Of a DNA stretch of 64,000 bases, positions 31,425 through 41,532 are shown piece after piece. The notes beneath the pieces were generated by a model. The model was not told the origin of the DNA and did not search any database. It saw only the letters and a list, made by a program, of their open reading frames with translations. A program made the translations under genes and the position numbers. This DNA is from TPA_inf: Saccharomyces (taxonomy: Eukaryota), in the NCBI GenBank assembly GCA_000146045.2, contig BK006945.2, forward strand, positions 576,001 to 640,000. The letters are read 5' to 3'. Positions within the stretch are counted from its first letter, which is position 1; every line of letters starts with the position of its first letter.

Positions 31425-33524
31425 TCAAGTAGGAGTATCTGGCACTTGGACGGTGATGTCCTCATCAGCATCAATTGCTTCGTCTGGATATGAGAGAAAA
31501 TCAGAGGATAGTGGGCCAGTGATAGTTTTTCTCCCTCGTGAAGCAGCATGTTTTACCAACTCAGAAGAAACGCCATCTTTTTCTGGGAGCGGAGACAATT
31601 TTTTTGTTCTCCGGACATTTGCAAATTGTTTTTCCAGTTCTGTCACAGCTATTTTCCCGGCTCTTTTGCGCTGTTGTTCATCTCTTTTGGCCTCAACTTT
31701 TCTCGAAGAGACTACTCTTTCCTGTTGTGTTTTTACATTTATTTTGGAGGAAATTTCCGATAATGCTATTTGGCGTTTTATTTTAATATTTGGGCTTATT
31801 AAATCAAACTTATATTTGCTGGCATTCCATATGACGCCGGTGTCATTTTTCTCTAAAAATTTCATGCCAGAAAATATTATTGATCTAATTCGCAGAACAC
31901 ATTCTTCTTTTGGAGAAAGCACTTTAGTCAATGTAGGGCATCCAATTATATTATTAATCATGTCGGGAGAATCATACACATAATCGTCATTAAAATCTGT
32001 TAGTGCAAAGTTAATGCAAGAAAATTCCCTGAAAATAATATCTTCTCTAAAAAGATAGCTTCTTTTCGGCCTGTGGCTATATATATTTCCTGAACAATTC
32101 AGTGGACTATTTATCAAGTCGTTCAGCAACAAGGCGAATGAAGTGCAAAACTTCCTGTGTCTGTGAGTGTACTGCAAAATAGATCTATATGACTTAATCC
32201 AGCACATAAGCAAACGAATAATGGCTAGATATCGAAAGTCTTCCATGTTTTTTTGCCAGGAGGGTTTGATGACGACGTCTATGATATTAGCAATAAAATC
32301 AAAGCTCAAGTCTAAAAAAAAAACCTGGCGCTCACTCAAATCTGCATATTTGAGTTTGTTCTTTTGTTCCTTACTTTTTCGAGTTGTAAACATAAGATCG
32401 AAACTTCCCATTGTGGCAGCCAAGTTTTCAAGTATAACATTAATATTACCTGAATGATACTTTAATGCAGCCATTTGTAAATGCTCTTTCAATAACCAAC
32501 AATTAGAAGCACGTGATGCGTTCCATGACTGTGGAACCAAAGTGTGTTCTACTATCGATAGAAATTGCAAAACAATTTGACCTTCAAAGAATGATTTCTC
32601 ACCTTTGAGATCTTTTGACACAAGAATTGCCAATTTTTTCATCAGACGTCTTCTTTCCGGAAAATCAGGAGTCAAAATGAAATCTTTCAAATTGTTTAAC
32701 GCACATTTAGACGGAATCCTTACCAATGCTCCTCTTACTAATTCAAAGAAATACAGTGAGAATTTCCCAGTGATCAAGTAAATTTTCGCTCGTTGAAAAT
32801 AAGTATCTCCAACGGCTGGGAGATAGAGTGAGGCAATATTCAAGTACCTAATAGACTTCTCAAAACCTTCCACACTCTTGGGTTTGTTAGACGGCTTGTT
32901 TAGTAGTGTTTTATAAAAATGTGTGGAACCTAGATTAATCACGCATCTTTGTAGTGAGATTACAATGGAAAACGTCAGTGGATTACTCGTGTTTAAGATA
33001 ATTTTCTCATGAGTTGAAAGTCCATCTGTGTATTGCATTAAATTCAACTTCGCGAAGAGAGCATTTGAAATAACGGAATTCATATCGTACTTTGCGCATA
33101 GGTGTTCGATGATGTCATAGTAATACCTGTGTGTAATTTTGAAAAATTGAATCATTTTTTTTTGAAAAATTCTAAAAACTCTGAACTTTCTTCTGTTACT
33201 TAGTCGCATGATATCATGGAACCAGTGCTCAAACCATTGGAGTGTAGGTTCGTGAATTTGAAGCCATAAAAGTTTCAGAACCAATGGTATCACGGAATCA
33301 TTTATGCGTTCGTAATTGTTATTATGGTACATATTTTCTTGTTTCAAAAGTAGCTCTTCGAGAAACCTAGTAGATTTGCGATGTATTCCATCCAGGAAGC
33401 ATCTGAACGTGATATATGCATTTTCATCGCATGTCAACCTTGATGTTAGATGTTTATCCAGATGCGCACGAGCGTTCTTGAAAAATAATCTCATACATTC
33501 TTCGTTAACTTCTTCATTATCCAT
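31425..33524 (-). CDS. EST1: Telomerase-associated protein Est1 (699 aa)
   Basis: 699-aa ORF with ATG start. Length and position (between BNA5 and TOP3) match YLR233C. It has an Est1/Ebs1 TPR-like N-terminal region. Confidence 0.75.
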   Translation of the reverse strand: MDNEEVNEECMRLFFKNARAHLDKHLTSRLTCDENAYITFRCFLDGIHRKSTRFLEELLLKQENMYHNNNYERINDSVIPLVLKLLWLQIHEPTLQWFEHWFHDIMRLSNRRKFRVFRIFQKKMIQFFKITHRYYYDIIEHLCAKYDMNSVISNALFAKLNLMQYTDGLSTHEKIILNTSNPLTFSIVISLQRCVINLGSTHFYKTLLNKPSNKPKSVEGFEKSIRYLNIASLYLPAVGDTYFQRAKIYLITGKFSLYFFELVRGALVRIPSKCALNNLKDFILTPDFPERRRLMKKLAILVSKDLKGEKSFFEGQIVLQFLSIVEHTLVPQSWNASRASNCWLLKEHLQMAALKYHSGNINVILENLAATMGSFDLMFTTRKSKEQKNKLKYADLSERQVFFLDLSFDFIANIIDVVIKPSWQKNMEDFRYLAIIRLLMCWIKSYRSILQYTHRHRKFCTSFALLLNDLINSPLNCSGNIYSHRPKRSYLFREDIIFREFSCINFALTDFNDDYVYDSPDMINNIIGCPTLTKVLSPKEECVLRIRSIIFSGMKFLEKNDTGVIWNASKYKFDLISPNIKIKRQIALSEISSKINVKTQQERVVSSRKVEAKRDEQQRKRAGKIAVTELEKQFANVRRTKKLSPLPEKDGVSSELVKHAASRGRKTITGPLSSDFLSYPDEAIDADEDITVQVPDTPT

Positions 33525-33782
33525 TATCTATGGTGGCATGTGTCATTTAATGGAATATACTTTTTCCCCTGATAAGTTTGCTAAAAACGGTCGGATCATA
33601 CAGGCATGTTAACATTTCCATTATCCTTTTTGACATTGGATAATGGCGTGAACGCGAAAATCACATTGATAAAAAAAAGCAGTTTGGCGAATTAGTAACT
33701 GTCAATAAAGAGGGCATCGCTTTTGAAAGCACCTTCGTCTGTGCGCTCGCTTCAGCTACGTAAAGGTGTATTATAGACAATA

Positions 33783-35753
33783 ATGAAAGTGCTATGTGTC
33801 GCAGAGAAAAATTCTATAGCGAAGGCAGTTTCACAGATCCTAGGAGGAGGCAGATCAACTTCAAGGGATTCCGGCTACATGTATGTAAAGAACTATGATT
33901 TCATGTTTAGTGGGTTCCCGTTTGCCAGAAATGGGGCTAACTGCGAAGTTACCATGACTAGTGTTGCAGGGCACCTAACAGGCATTGATTTCAGCCATGA
34001 TTCGCATGGGTGGGGAAAATGCGCCATCCAAGAGTTATTTGATGCGCCACTGAACGAGATTATGAATAACAACCAAAAAAAGATAGCAAGCAACATCAAG
34101 CGAGAAGCGAGGAATGCAGACTATCTGATGATATGGACAGATTGCGACCGGGAAGGAGAGTACATCGGTTGGGAGATATGGCAGGAGGCCAAGAGAGGCA
34201 ACAGGCTCATACAAAATGATCAAGTATACCGGGCAGTCTTTTCGCATCTCGAAAGACAACACATATTAAATGCAGCACGAAACCCAAGTCGATTGGATAT
34301 GAAGAGTGTGCACGCTGTAGGCACGCGGATTGAAATCGATCTTCGAGCAGGTGTTACATTCACCAGACTCTTAACAGAAACGCTACGAAATAAACTGAGA
34401 AACCAAGCCACCATGACCAAGGATGGTGCAAAACACCGCGGTGGTAACAAGAACGACTCACAAGTCGTATCGTATGGTACATGCCAGTTTCCAACGCTCG
34501 GCTTTGTAGTAGACAGGTTTGAAAGAATACGAAATTTTGTTCCCGAAGAGTTCTGGTATATCCAATTGGTAGTCGAAAACAAAGACAACGGCGGAACAAC
34601 AACGTTCCAGTGGGACAGGGGCCACTTGTTCGACCGGCTGAGCGTGTTAACGTTTTACGAGACATGCATCGAAACCGCCGGCAATGTTGCTCAAGTAGTA
34701 GACTTGAAATCAAAGCCAACAACGAAATACAGACCTTTACCTCTGACCACAGTGGAGCTACAAAAAAACTGCGCCCGGTACCTGCGTCTGAACGCCAAAC
34801 AATCACTAGACGCAGCAGAAAAGCTATACCAAAAGGGGTTCATATCGTATCCAAGAACAGAGACTGATACTTTCCCACACGCAATGGACCTAAAATCCTT
34901 GGTCGAAAAGCAAGCTCAATTGGACCAACTCGCTGCAGGCGGCAGAACCGCCTGGGCATCGTACGCGGCATCGCTGCTCCAACCCGAAAACACAAGTAAC
35001 AATAACAAGTTCAAGTTTCCACGAAGCGGCTCCCATGACGACAAAGCGCATCCACCAATCCACCCCATCGTAAGTCTGGGGCCTGAAGCAAATGTTTCGC
35101 CAGTGGAAAGAAGAGTATACGAGTACGTGGCCAGGCACTTTTTGGCATGCTGCTCAGAGGACGCCAAGGGCCAATCGATGACCCTTGTGTTGGACTGGGC
35201 CGTTGAACGTTTCTCAGCTTCAGGTCTCGTAGTCCTAGAGAGAAATTTCCTCGATGTTTACCCTTGGGCCCGATGGGAAACCACCAAGCAGTTACCGCGG
35301 CTTGAAATGAATGCCCTCGTAGACATCGCGAAGGCCGAAATGAAGGCGGGCACTACGGCGCCGCCCAAGCCGATGACTGAGAGTGAACTCATTCTCCTCA
35401 TGGATACAAACGGCATTGGCACAGACGCCACCATTGCGGAGCACATAGACAAGATCCAAGTACGTAATTACGTTAGGAGCGAGAAAGTAGGCAAGGAAAC
35501 CTACTTACAACCCACGACCCTGGGTGTCTCACTAGTGCACGGCTTCGAGGCCATCGGCCTCGAAGACTCCTTTGCAAAGCCCTTCCAGCGCAGAGAAATG
35601 GAGCAAGACCTCAAGAAAATCTGCGAAGGTCATGCCTCCAAGACTGATGTTGTAAAGGACATAGTCGAGAAGTATAGGAAGTACTGGCACAAGACGAATG
35701 CCTGCAAGAATACTCTCTTGCAAGTTTATGACCGTGTCAAGGCATCCATGTAA
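33783..35753 (+). CDS. TOP3: DNA topoisomerase III, type IA (656 aa)
   Basis: N-terminal Toprim domain (MKVLCVAEKNSIAKAV...DCDREGEYIGWEI), type IA topoisomerase core with the conserved active-site region (GFISYPRTETD). Length of 656 aa. Confidence 0.93.
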   Translation: MKVLCVAEKNSIAKAVSQILGGGRSTSRDSGYMYVKNYDFMFSGFPFARNGANCEVTMTSVAGHLTGIDFSHDSHGWGKCAIQELFDAPLNEIMNNNQKKIASNIKREARNADYLMIWTDCDREGEYIGWEIWQEAKRGNRLIQNDQVYRAVFSHLERQHILNAARNPSRLDMKSVHAVGTRIEIDLRAGVTFTRLLTETLRNKLRNQATMTKDGAKHRGGNKNDSQVVSYGTCQFPTLGFVVDRFERIRNFVPEEFWYIQLVVENKDNGGTTTFQWDRGHLFDRLSVLTFYETCIETAGNVAQVVDLKSKPTTKYRPLPLTTVELQKNCARYLRLNAKQSLDAAEKLYQKGFISYPRTETDTFPHAMDLKSLVEKQAQLDQLAAGGRTAWASYAASLLQPENTSNNNKFKFPRSGSHDDKAHPPIHPIVSLGPEANVSPVERRVYEYVARHFLACCSEDAKGQSMTLVLDWAVERFSASGLVVLERNFLDVYPWARWETTKQLPRLEMNALVDIAKAEMKAGTTAPPKPMTESELILLMDTNGIGTDATIAEHIDKIQVRNYVRSEKVGKETYLQPTTLGVSLVHGFEAIGLEDSFAKPFQRREMEQDLKKICEGHASKTDVVKDIVEKYRKYWHKTNACKNTLLQVYDRVKASM

Positions 35754-36366
35754 GGCGTTTTTGCCGCCCTTTGTCTTCAAAAAAGCTCTCCGCTTAATTG
35801 CATGATTCAGCTGACTGCATATGTGCATTTTCAGTACCAGCCGCAACTGCATCAAACCATGCAGAAGTCGCCGCCACAGAAGCTCCAGCGCGCCGCGTAA
35901 ACGCATGTTGGAAGGCGCCCCAATTAGCATATTCACGCGCGACTACCAAACGCATAGGGAAGGTTTCAGAGAGCCGATGAGCAGCGGATGCACAGAGTAC
36001 GGCCATAAGGCTGCAAAGCGCTTGGCAGGAATGGGCGTTTTCTAGAGGTTGCCTTATTGATTTATATGGAAGAGGAGAGGATTCATCGATCGGGCTTCTA
36101 AGGCAAATAGTATGCATACCTTTTTCGGGTAGTTGAAGAGAAAAGAGGAAGAGAATAGAAAAAAAAAAAAAGCGAAATTTTTACATCCTCTATTGTAATG
36201 TAATTTCTTTTTTTTTATTAGGTATATATGTGAGATACAATTCTCGAAGTCATCGGGAAGCTTTACCATTTCATTTCCTATTCCAGAACTCATATTAGCA
36301 TCTATTGTTCTGAGATTCATCGCAACATCATTTAAAGGACTGTAGAGCCAATTGCATTATATCAAT

Positions 36367-38163
36367 ATGAGTTTCGGTAGTAAAGTCTCCAGGGCTTTGA
36401 GATTTTTGGAAATTCCTGTCAAAGACAGGGCATCTGTGAGTTTCTTGAAGAACCCGGATTTGCAACCTATTAAGTCGGCTAACCAAACATGGGGGTTCTG
36501 GTCTAATTTTGCATATTGGGGTGTTATGTCCTTTTCAGTGGGTACATGGATGAGTGCCTCTTCTGCACTAGGTGTTGGATTAAGTTACCCAGAAACCATT
36601 GGTACATTTATCGTCGGTGATGTGTTGACCATTATTTTCACATTGGCAAACTCGTGTCCTGGTTACGACTGGAAGGTCGGTTTCACTTTGGCCCAAAGAT
36701 TCGTCTTTGGTATTTACGGTTCTGCCTTCGGTATCATCATCAGAATTTTGATGAGTATTGTCAACTACGGGTCCAACGCTTGGGTGGGAGGTCTTTGTAT
36801 CAATATGATCTTGGATTCATGGTCTCACCATTATTTGCACCTGCCAAACACCTTATCTTCGAAAGTTGCCATGACCACTAAAGAATTAATTGGTTTTATC
36901 ATCTTCCACGTCCTTACTGCATTCTGTTACTTAATGAAACCCTACCACATGAACTACATTTTAATTTGGTCGTGTGTTGCTACATTTTTCTCTATGTTGG
37001 GTATGGTGATCTATTTAGCTAAACAGGCTCACGGTGTTGGAGAATTGTTTACCTCCACTAAATCCACTGCCACTGGCTCCACCAAAGCTTGGGCTTGGGT
37101 TTATATGATCTCGTACTGGTTCGGTTCCGTTTCTCCAGGTTCCACCAACCAAAGTGATTACTCGAGATTTGGTTCCTCCAATTGGGCTATCTGGGCCGGT
37201 ACCATCTGTGCATTGTTAATTCCAACCACTTTAATCCCAGTTTTTGGTGTTATTGGTGCCTCCACCTGTGACAAACTATACGGTGAACAATATTGGATGC
37301 CTATGGATATCTTCAACCATTGGTTGACAACTAACTATTCTGCAGGTGCTCGTGCCGGTGCGTTCTTCTGTGGTCTTTCATTTGTCCTATCTCAAATGTC
37401 CTACACCATCTCCAACTGTGGGTTTGCCAGTGGTATGGATTTGGCCGGTTTATTACCCAAGTATGTCGACATCAAGAGGGGTGCCCTTTTTGCCGCATGT
37501 GTCTCCTGGGCTTGTTTGCCATGGAACTTCTACAACTCTTCTTCTACTTTCTTGACTGTCATGAGTTCTTTCGGTGTTGTCATGACTCCTATCATTTCTG
37601 TCATGATTTGCGATAACTTCTTGATCAGAAAAAGACAATACTCCATCACTAATGCCTTTATTCTCAAGGGTGAATACTATTTCACTAAGGGTGTTAACTG
37701 GAGAGCTATTGTTGCCTGGGTTTGTGGTATGACCCCCGGTCTACCTGGTATTGCTTGGGAAGTCAATAATGACTATTTCCACAACACTGGTATTGTCAAT
37801 TTCTTTTACGGTGACTCCTTCTTCTCGTTTTTGATCTCCTTTTTCGTCTATTGGGGACTATGCCTCCTCTTCCCATTCAAAATTACTGTCAAACATGATG
37901 ACAAAGATTATTATGGTGCCTTTACTGACGAAGAAGCAAGAAAGAAGGGCATGGTTCCATACAGTGAAATTTCTGAAGAAGAAATCCGCGCTTACACATT
38001 AGGCGAAGGTTACACTACCGGCCACGAGTACAGACCTGAAGGCTCCGACGATGAAATACCTGAGTTGGTCAAAACTAGCTCTGAAAACACCAATGAGTTT
38101 GAAATAGTTCATCATAAGAATAATGAAAAGCAATCCTCCACCGCCAGTGAAAAAGCTGCTTAG
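36367..38163 (+). CDS. THI7: Plasma-membrane thiamine transporter, NCS1 nucleobase:cation symporter-1 family (598 aa)
   Basis: The track ORF starts at TTG 36352; the first ATG is at 36367 (MSFGSKVSRALRF...). It has 12 predicted TM helices of NCS1 type. Position matches YLR237W. A call of THI7 rather than the paralogs NRT1/THI72 rests on synteny. Confidence 0.8.
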   Translation: MSFGSKVSRALRFLEIPVKDRASVSFLKNPDLQPIKSANQTWGFWSNFAYWGVMSFSVGTWMSASSALGVGLSYPETIGTFIVGDVLTIIFTLANSCPGYDWKVGFTLAQRFVFGIYGSAFGIIIRILMSIVNYGSNAWVGGLCINMILDSWSHHYLHLPNTLSSKVAMTTKELIGFIIFHVLTAFCYLMKPYHMNYILIWSCVATFFSMLGMVIYLAKQAHGVGELFTSTKSTATGSTKAWAWVYMISYWFGSVSPGSTNQSDYSRFGSSNWAIWAGTICALLIPTTLIPVFGVIGASTCDKLYGEQYWMPMDIFNHWLTTNYSAGARAGAFFCGLSFVLSQMSYTISNCGFASGMDLAGLLPKYVDIKRGALFAACVSWACLPWNFYNSSSTFLTVMSSFGVVMTPIISVMICDNFLIRKRQYSITNAFILKGEYYFTKGVNWRAIVAWVCGMTPGLPGIAWEVNNDYFHNTGIVNFFYGDSFFSFLISFFVYWGLCLLFPFKITVKHDDKDYYGAFTDEEARKKGMVPYSEISEEEIRAYTLGEGYTTGHEYRPEGSDDEIPELVKTSSENTNEFEIVHHKNNEKQSSTASEKAA

Positions 38164-38754
38164 TGGGAAATAAAATTGCAAAAAATAATTAAGAATAAAA
38201 TTTCCCTTTCATTTAATGGCTCTCTGCACTAATTTTTTTACCTACGAAATTTTCCTTCGTTCACACTTAATATTAAATAACAGCTCTTTCCTAATAATAA
38301 CATATACACTAGATATATAATACCAAATAAATTAAAAAAAAAGAAAAACAAAAAATAACGTAGCTTTGTTACAGTCGTAAAAAAAAGAACAATAAACCAA
38401 TCTTATTGCCAGCGTCTAACTAGTCCTATTATATTCCAATATATTAAGGGGTAAGGACTACTATTATTCGCCCTGAATTGAAATCTTTTAGAAAGCACCT
38501 GTTCTCTCTCTGGTGTTCTTTTTTTCTCATCTATTATCTAATTTCTTCAACCTTCGTTATTTGTTGTTATTCCGTAATCGTGGTGCTCAACTTTTGAAAT
38601 TTCACTTGTTTACCATAACGGAACATAATTAAAAATTTGTTCTTGAAAGTCACAAGCACTACGTGAACACAAAATTAAGGCAAGAGTGACAAAGTAACCC
38701 TCACAAGGAGCCTGTCGTTGGTTATATTGGAAGCTATAGATATAATCGAATCCA

Positions 38755-40191
38755 ATGACTGGTCCTGGACCTGAAATAAATAAGGAGGAGCACCCCAGTT
38801 CTCCGGGCAAGAAACAGATAACATATAATAGTATACCCAAGAATGCAAATCTAATTGATGGATCTACGAATTCATCGAAGAGGCCAATTGAAAAGTATGA
38901 CAAGAGAATAGCCGACCCAACAAAAAGCTATTTTCCACATAGCATATCAAGAACACCAAGGAGAAAATATACTTACATTCTAGTCCTCACATCACTAAAT
39001 GGAACTTTTGAGAGCAAACATGTGGTGATACCATTTAAACCAGATGGTTTGAAATTGGGAAGGCCTGTTGCTAATAGTAATAGCAGCTCCAGTTCATCGC
39101 TCAGGGGCGGTAAAAGAGTGGATTCACACACTTTTTCCCAAGTAAGGTCCGATAATGGTAATTTCGATTCAAGAGTACTCTCCAGGAATCATGCATTGTT
39201 AAGTTGCGACCCGCTCACGGGTAAGGTATATATACGAGACTTAAAATCCAGTAATGGTACGTTCATTAACGGTCAAAGAATTGGCTCAAATGACGTAGAA
39301 ATCAAAGTTGGCGATGTGATAGACTTGGGAACAGATATAGATACGAAAATTGAGCATCGAAAAATAAGTGCCACAGTTGAAGAACTATTTGTACAACCTT
39401 TATTAGAATCACCGATTTTTGAAAATGAAGATAGTGATGATTGCCATACAATTACAGAAAAAGAGGAGGCTGCTGCCATAACAAGTCACATATATGGTGA
39501 TTCCAACAACCTAGAATTGGAAGAAGTTATCCTGGGCTCTGATACAGAAATACTGAGTGGAATTTTTATTAATAATTGTATTGGTACGAGCCCGACTTTA
39601 TCTAATATCATCAAAACCCTGGCAATGGAAATTCCATTTTCCAAATGCGATAATTTTAAATTACAGTCGATGGAGAATTTCTTAATTAATTATACGACAC
39701 ATCTAGAATACACGAACAAACTTTTAGTGGAAAAAAATGATCAGCAACTGGTAAAGCTGCAAAATGGATTAAGAAGGAAACTGTCGGGGAAATACGAAAA
39801 GATTATCGAACAAAACAGAAATCAAGTAAAACAGTTGGAAAGGGACCATATGTTTTTCAAAAAGTCATTTGAAGTGAAGAAAAGAAGAAATAATGAAAAG
39901 CAAAAAAGCATGGAAAGGGAAATAGAAGACTTGAAAACTAGGTTAGAAGTGGAACGATATAAGAATTCACAAATGATGAAGAAGAACAAACAGAAAGAAC
40001 AAGAACTCTCAACTGCATCTAAAAAAAAGACTACCGAACATGACACTAGAGGCGTCCCGGGCATGAATCCTAAGGGTACTGACAAATTTAGCATCAAGAA
40101 CACGCTATGTAATCATTTCACACTATTAACATTTGGAACTATTTCCATCGGGATTATAGCTATTGTCTTCAAGATCCTTTCCCCCAACTAG
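38755..40191 (+). CDS. FAR10: FHA-domain, tail-anchored protein of the Far3-11 complex (478 aa)
   Basis: FHA domain (...[10 protein letters not shown]...NHALLSCDP...[19 protein letters not shown]), a coiled-coil and a C-terminal single TM tail anchor ([19 protein letters not shown]). Length and position match YLR238W. Confidence 0.8.
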
Positions 40192-40331
40192 CATCGTAAA
40201 TACAAGACACACACGATCCGCTTTTCACGTCAGAGATTATTATATACGTACGTATATATGTAATAGATATTCACATGTAAAAAAAGGTAAGCATCCTTTC
40301 ATTTAAGAAAGTATGGGGGGAGTCATCCGTC

Positions 40332-41318
40332 TCACGGATTCTTTTTCAAAATATTGACGTCGTCAATTTGCATTCTTTCCAAAGTTTTTATTCCTAGCAG
40401 CTTTGTCATTTCTTTGACAAAACTAATTGCTACACTTTGCACATTTACAACAGCATCGGGTCGTTGTTCCATAATTGAAGTAGTCAGTGTATTTTTCAAA
40501 CCGCACATTTCAAAACTATTCATATACGATAGATCTGTATTAACATTAATTGCTACCCCGTGCGATGTTATGGAACGTCTGACGTGTATTCCAACACTAG
40601 CAACTTTCTTCTTGCCATTTTCAACCCAAACTCCAGTGTCCTTTGTAGTCATAGCATCTAAGTTCAAAGGCTTGTCAGTGTCGTCGCACATCTTGGTATT
40701 CTTCAACGTTCTGATAGTGGCCTGCTCAATGCATGAAACCAAGCATTTAGCAGGGAAACTTTGAAATGTTTTCAAATCTAAAATAATGTAAATAACAATT
40801 TGGCCTGGACCATGAAATGTTACTTGTCCACCCCTTTCCACTTGAACAAACTTTGGTCGTGGGTTGTCCTTTTGCGTTTCTGGAATGAAACTTTCATAAG
40901 CCGCTATCTGATCTGGCGTCATAGTTTTCTTAATCCTCTTCCCACCTGTATAAGTTGGCTCAAACTCAAACGTTAATATTATCGGATTAGGTTTCATTGC
41001 CATAACCTTGTCTAATATTCTTTTTTCGTTATCATTTATTGTTGCAGTGCCCTTATATTCTTCATCCAATTGTATTAATTTTCTCTCAATCTTCGATTGA
41101 ATGTCTTTGATGTCCAAATTTGCCCTAACTAATGTCTCCTGTATTTCCAATCCTTTTTGAAAAGGTATTCTTTGAGTGAATTGTAGATGTCTGAGCGTTT
41201 GCGCTGAGGGTTTTATAGGATGTGTCATTTCCTTGAGAGCAGAGGCATAAGTGCTAAAGCATTGTCGCCTACAGACATTGAAGTTTGTGCATACGGACTG
41301 GCGAATACACCTCGACAT
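40332..41318 (-). CDS. LIP2: Mitochondrial octanoyl/lipoyl-[ACP]:protein transferase (LipB family), 328 aa
   Basis: LipB/BPL-type catalytic domain (...HGPGQIVIYIILDLK..., conserved Lys/Cys region). Length and position match YLR239C. Confidence 0.8.
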   Translation of the reverse strand: MSRCIRQSVCTNFNVCRRQCFSTYASALKEMTHPIKPSAQTLRHLQFTQRIPFQKGLEIQETLVRANLDIKDIQSKIERKLIQLDEEYKGTATINDNEKRILDKVMAMKPNPIILTFEFEPTYTGGKRIKKTMTPDQIAAYESFIPETQKDNPRPKFVQVERGGQVTFHGPGQIVIYIILDLKTFQSFPAKCLVSCIEQATIRTLKNTKMCDDTDKPLNLDAMTTKDTGVWVENGKKKVASVGIHVRRSITSHGVAINVNTDLSYMNSFEMCGLKNTLTTSIMEQRPDAVVNVQSVAISFVKEMTKLLGIKTLERMQIDDVNILKKNP

Positions 41319-41532
41319 GGGGCTGAAGCTTTCGACAAATCTTAAATTGTGACTTTGTGCATGAAATTTTTATATGAACGTTTTAAATAAGTGGACATAG
41401 TCCTTCATTCGGTATATGCAGATCCGGCATCAAACACTTTTTCAAGAAAGTTTGAGTCAAAAGGATTAAAGGATAAAGTAAAACAACAATAACATCTCCG
41501 TGAAGCATTGAGGGAAGGGTTTAACTCCAACA

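Noticed and set aside
31417-31983. 188-aa plus-strand ORF overlapping the 3' end of EST1 (and, shorter, 30830–31177 overlapping BNA5)
   Set aside because: It is antisense to a real gene, Ser/Phe/Leu-rich and low complexity, with no motif. It corresponds to the class of 'dubious ORFs' that overlap verified genes.
35532-36117. Minus-strand ORFs of 134 and 107 aa overlapping the TOP3 3' end and downstream GC-rich region
   Set aside because: They are antisense shadow or intergenic frames with Arg/Ala-rich composition typical of random GC-rich sequence and no conserved motif.
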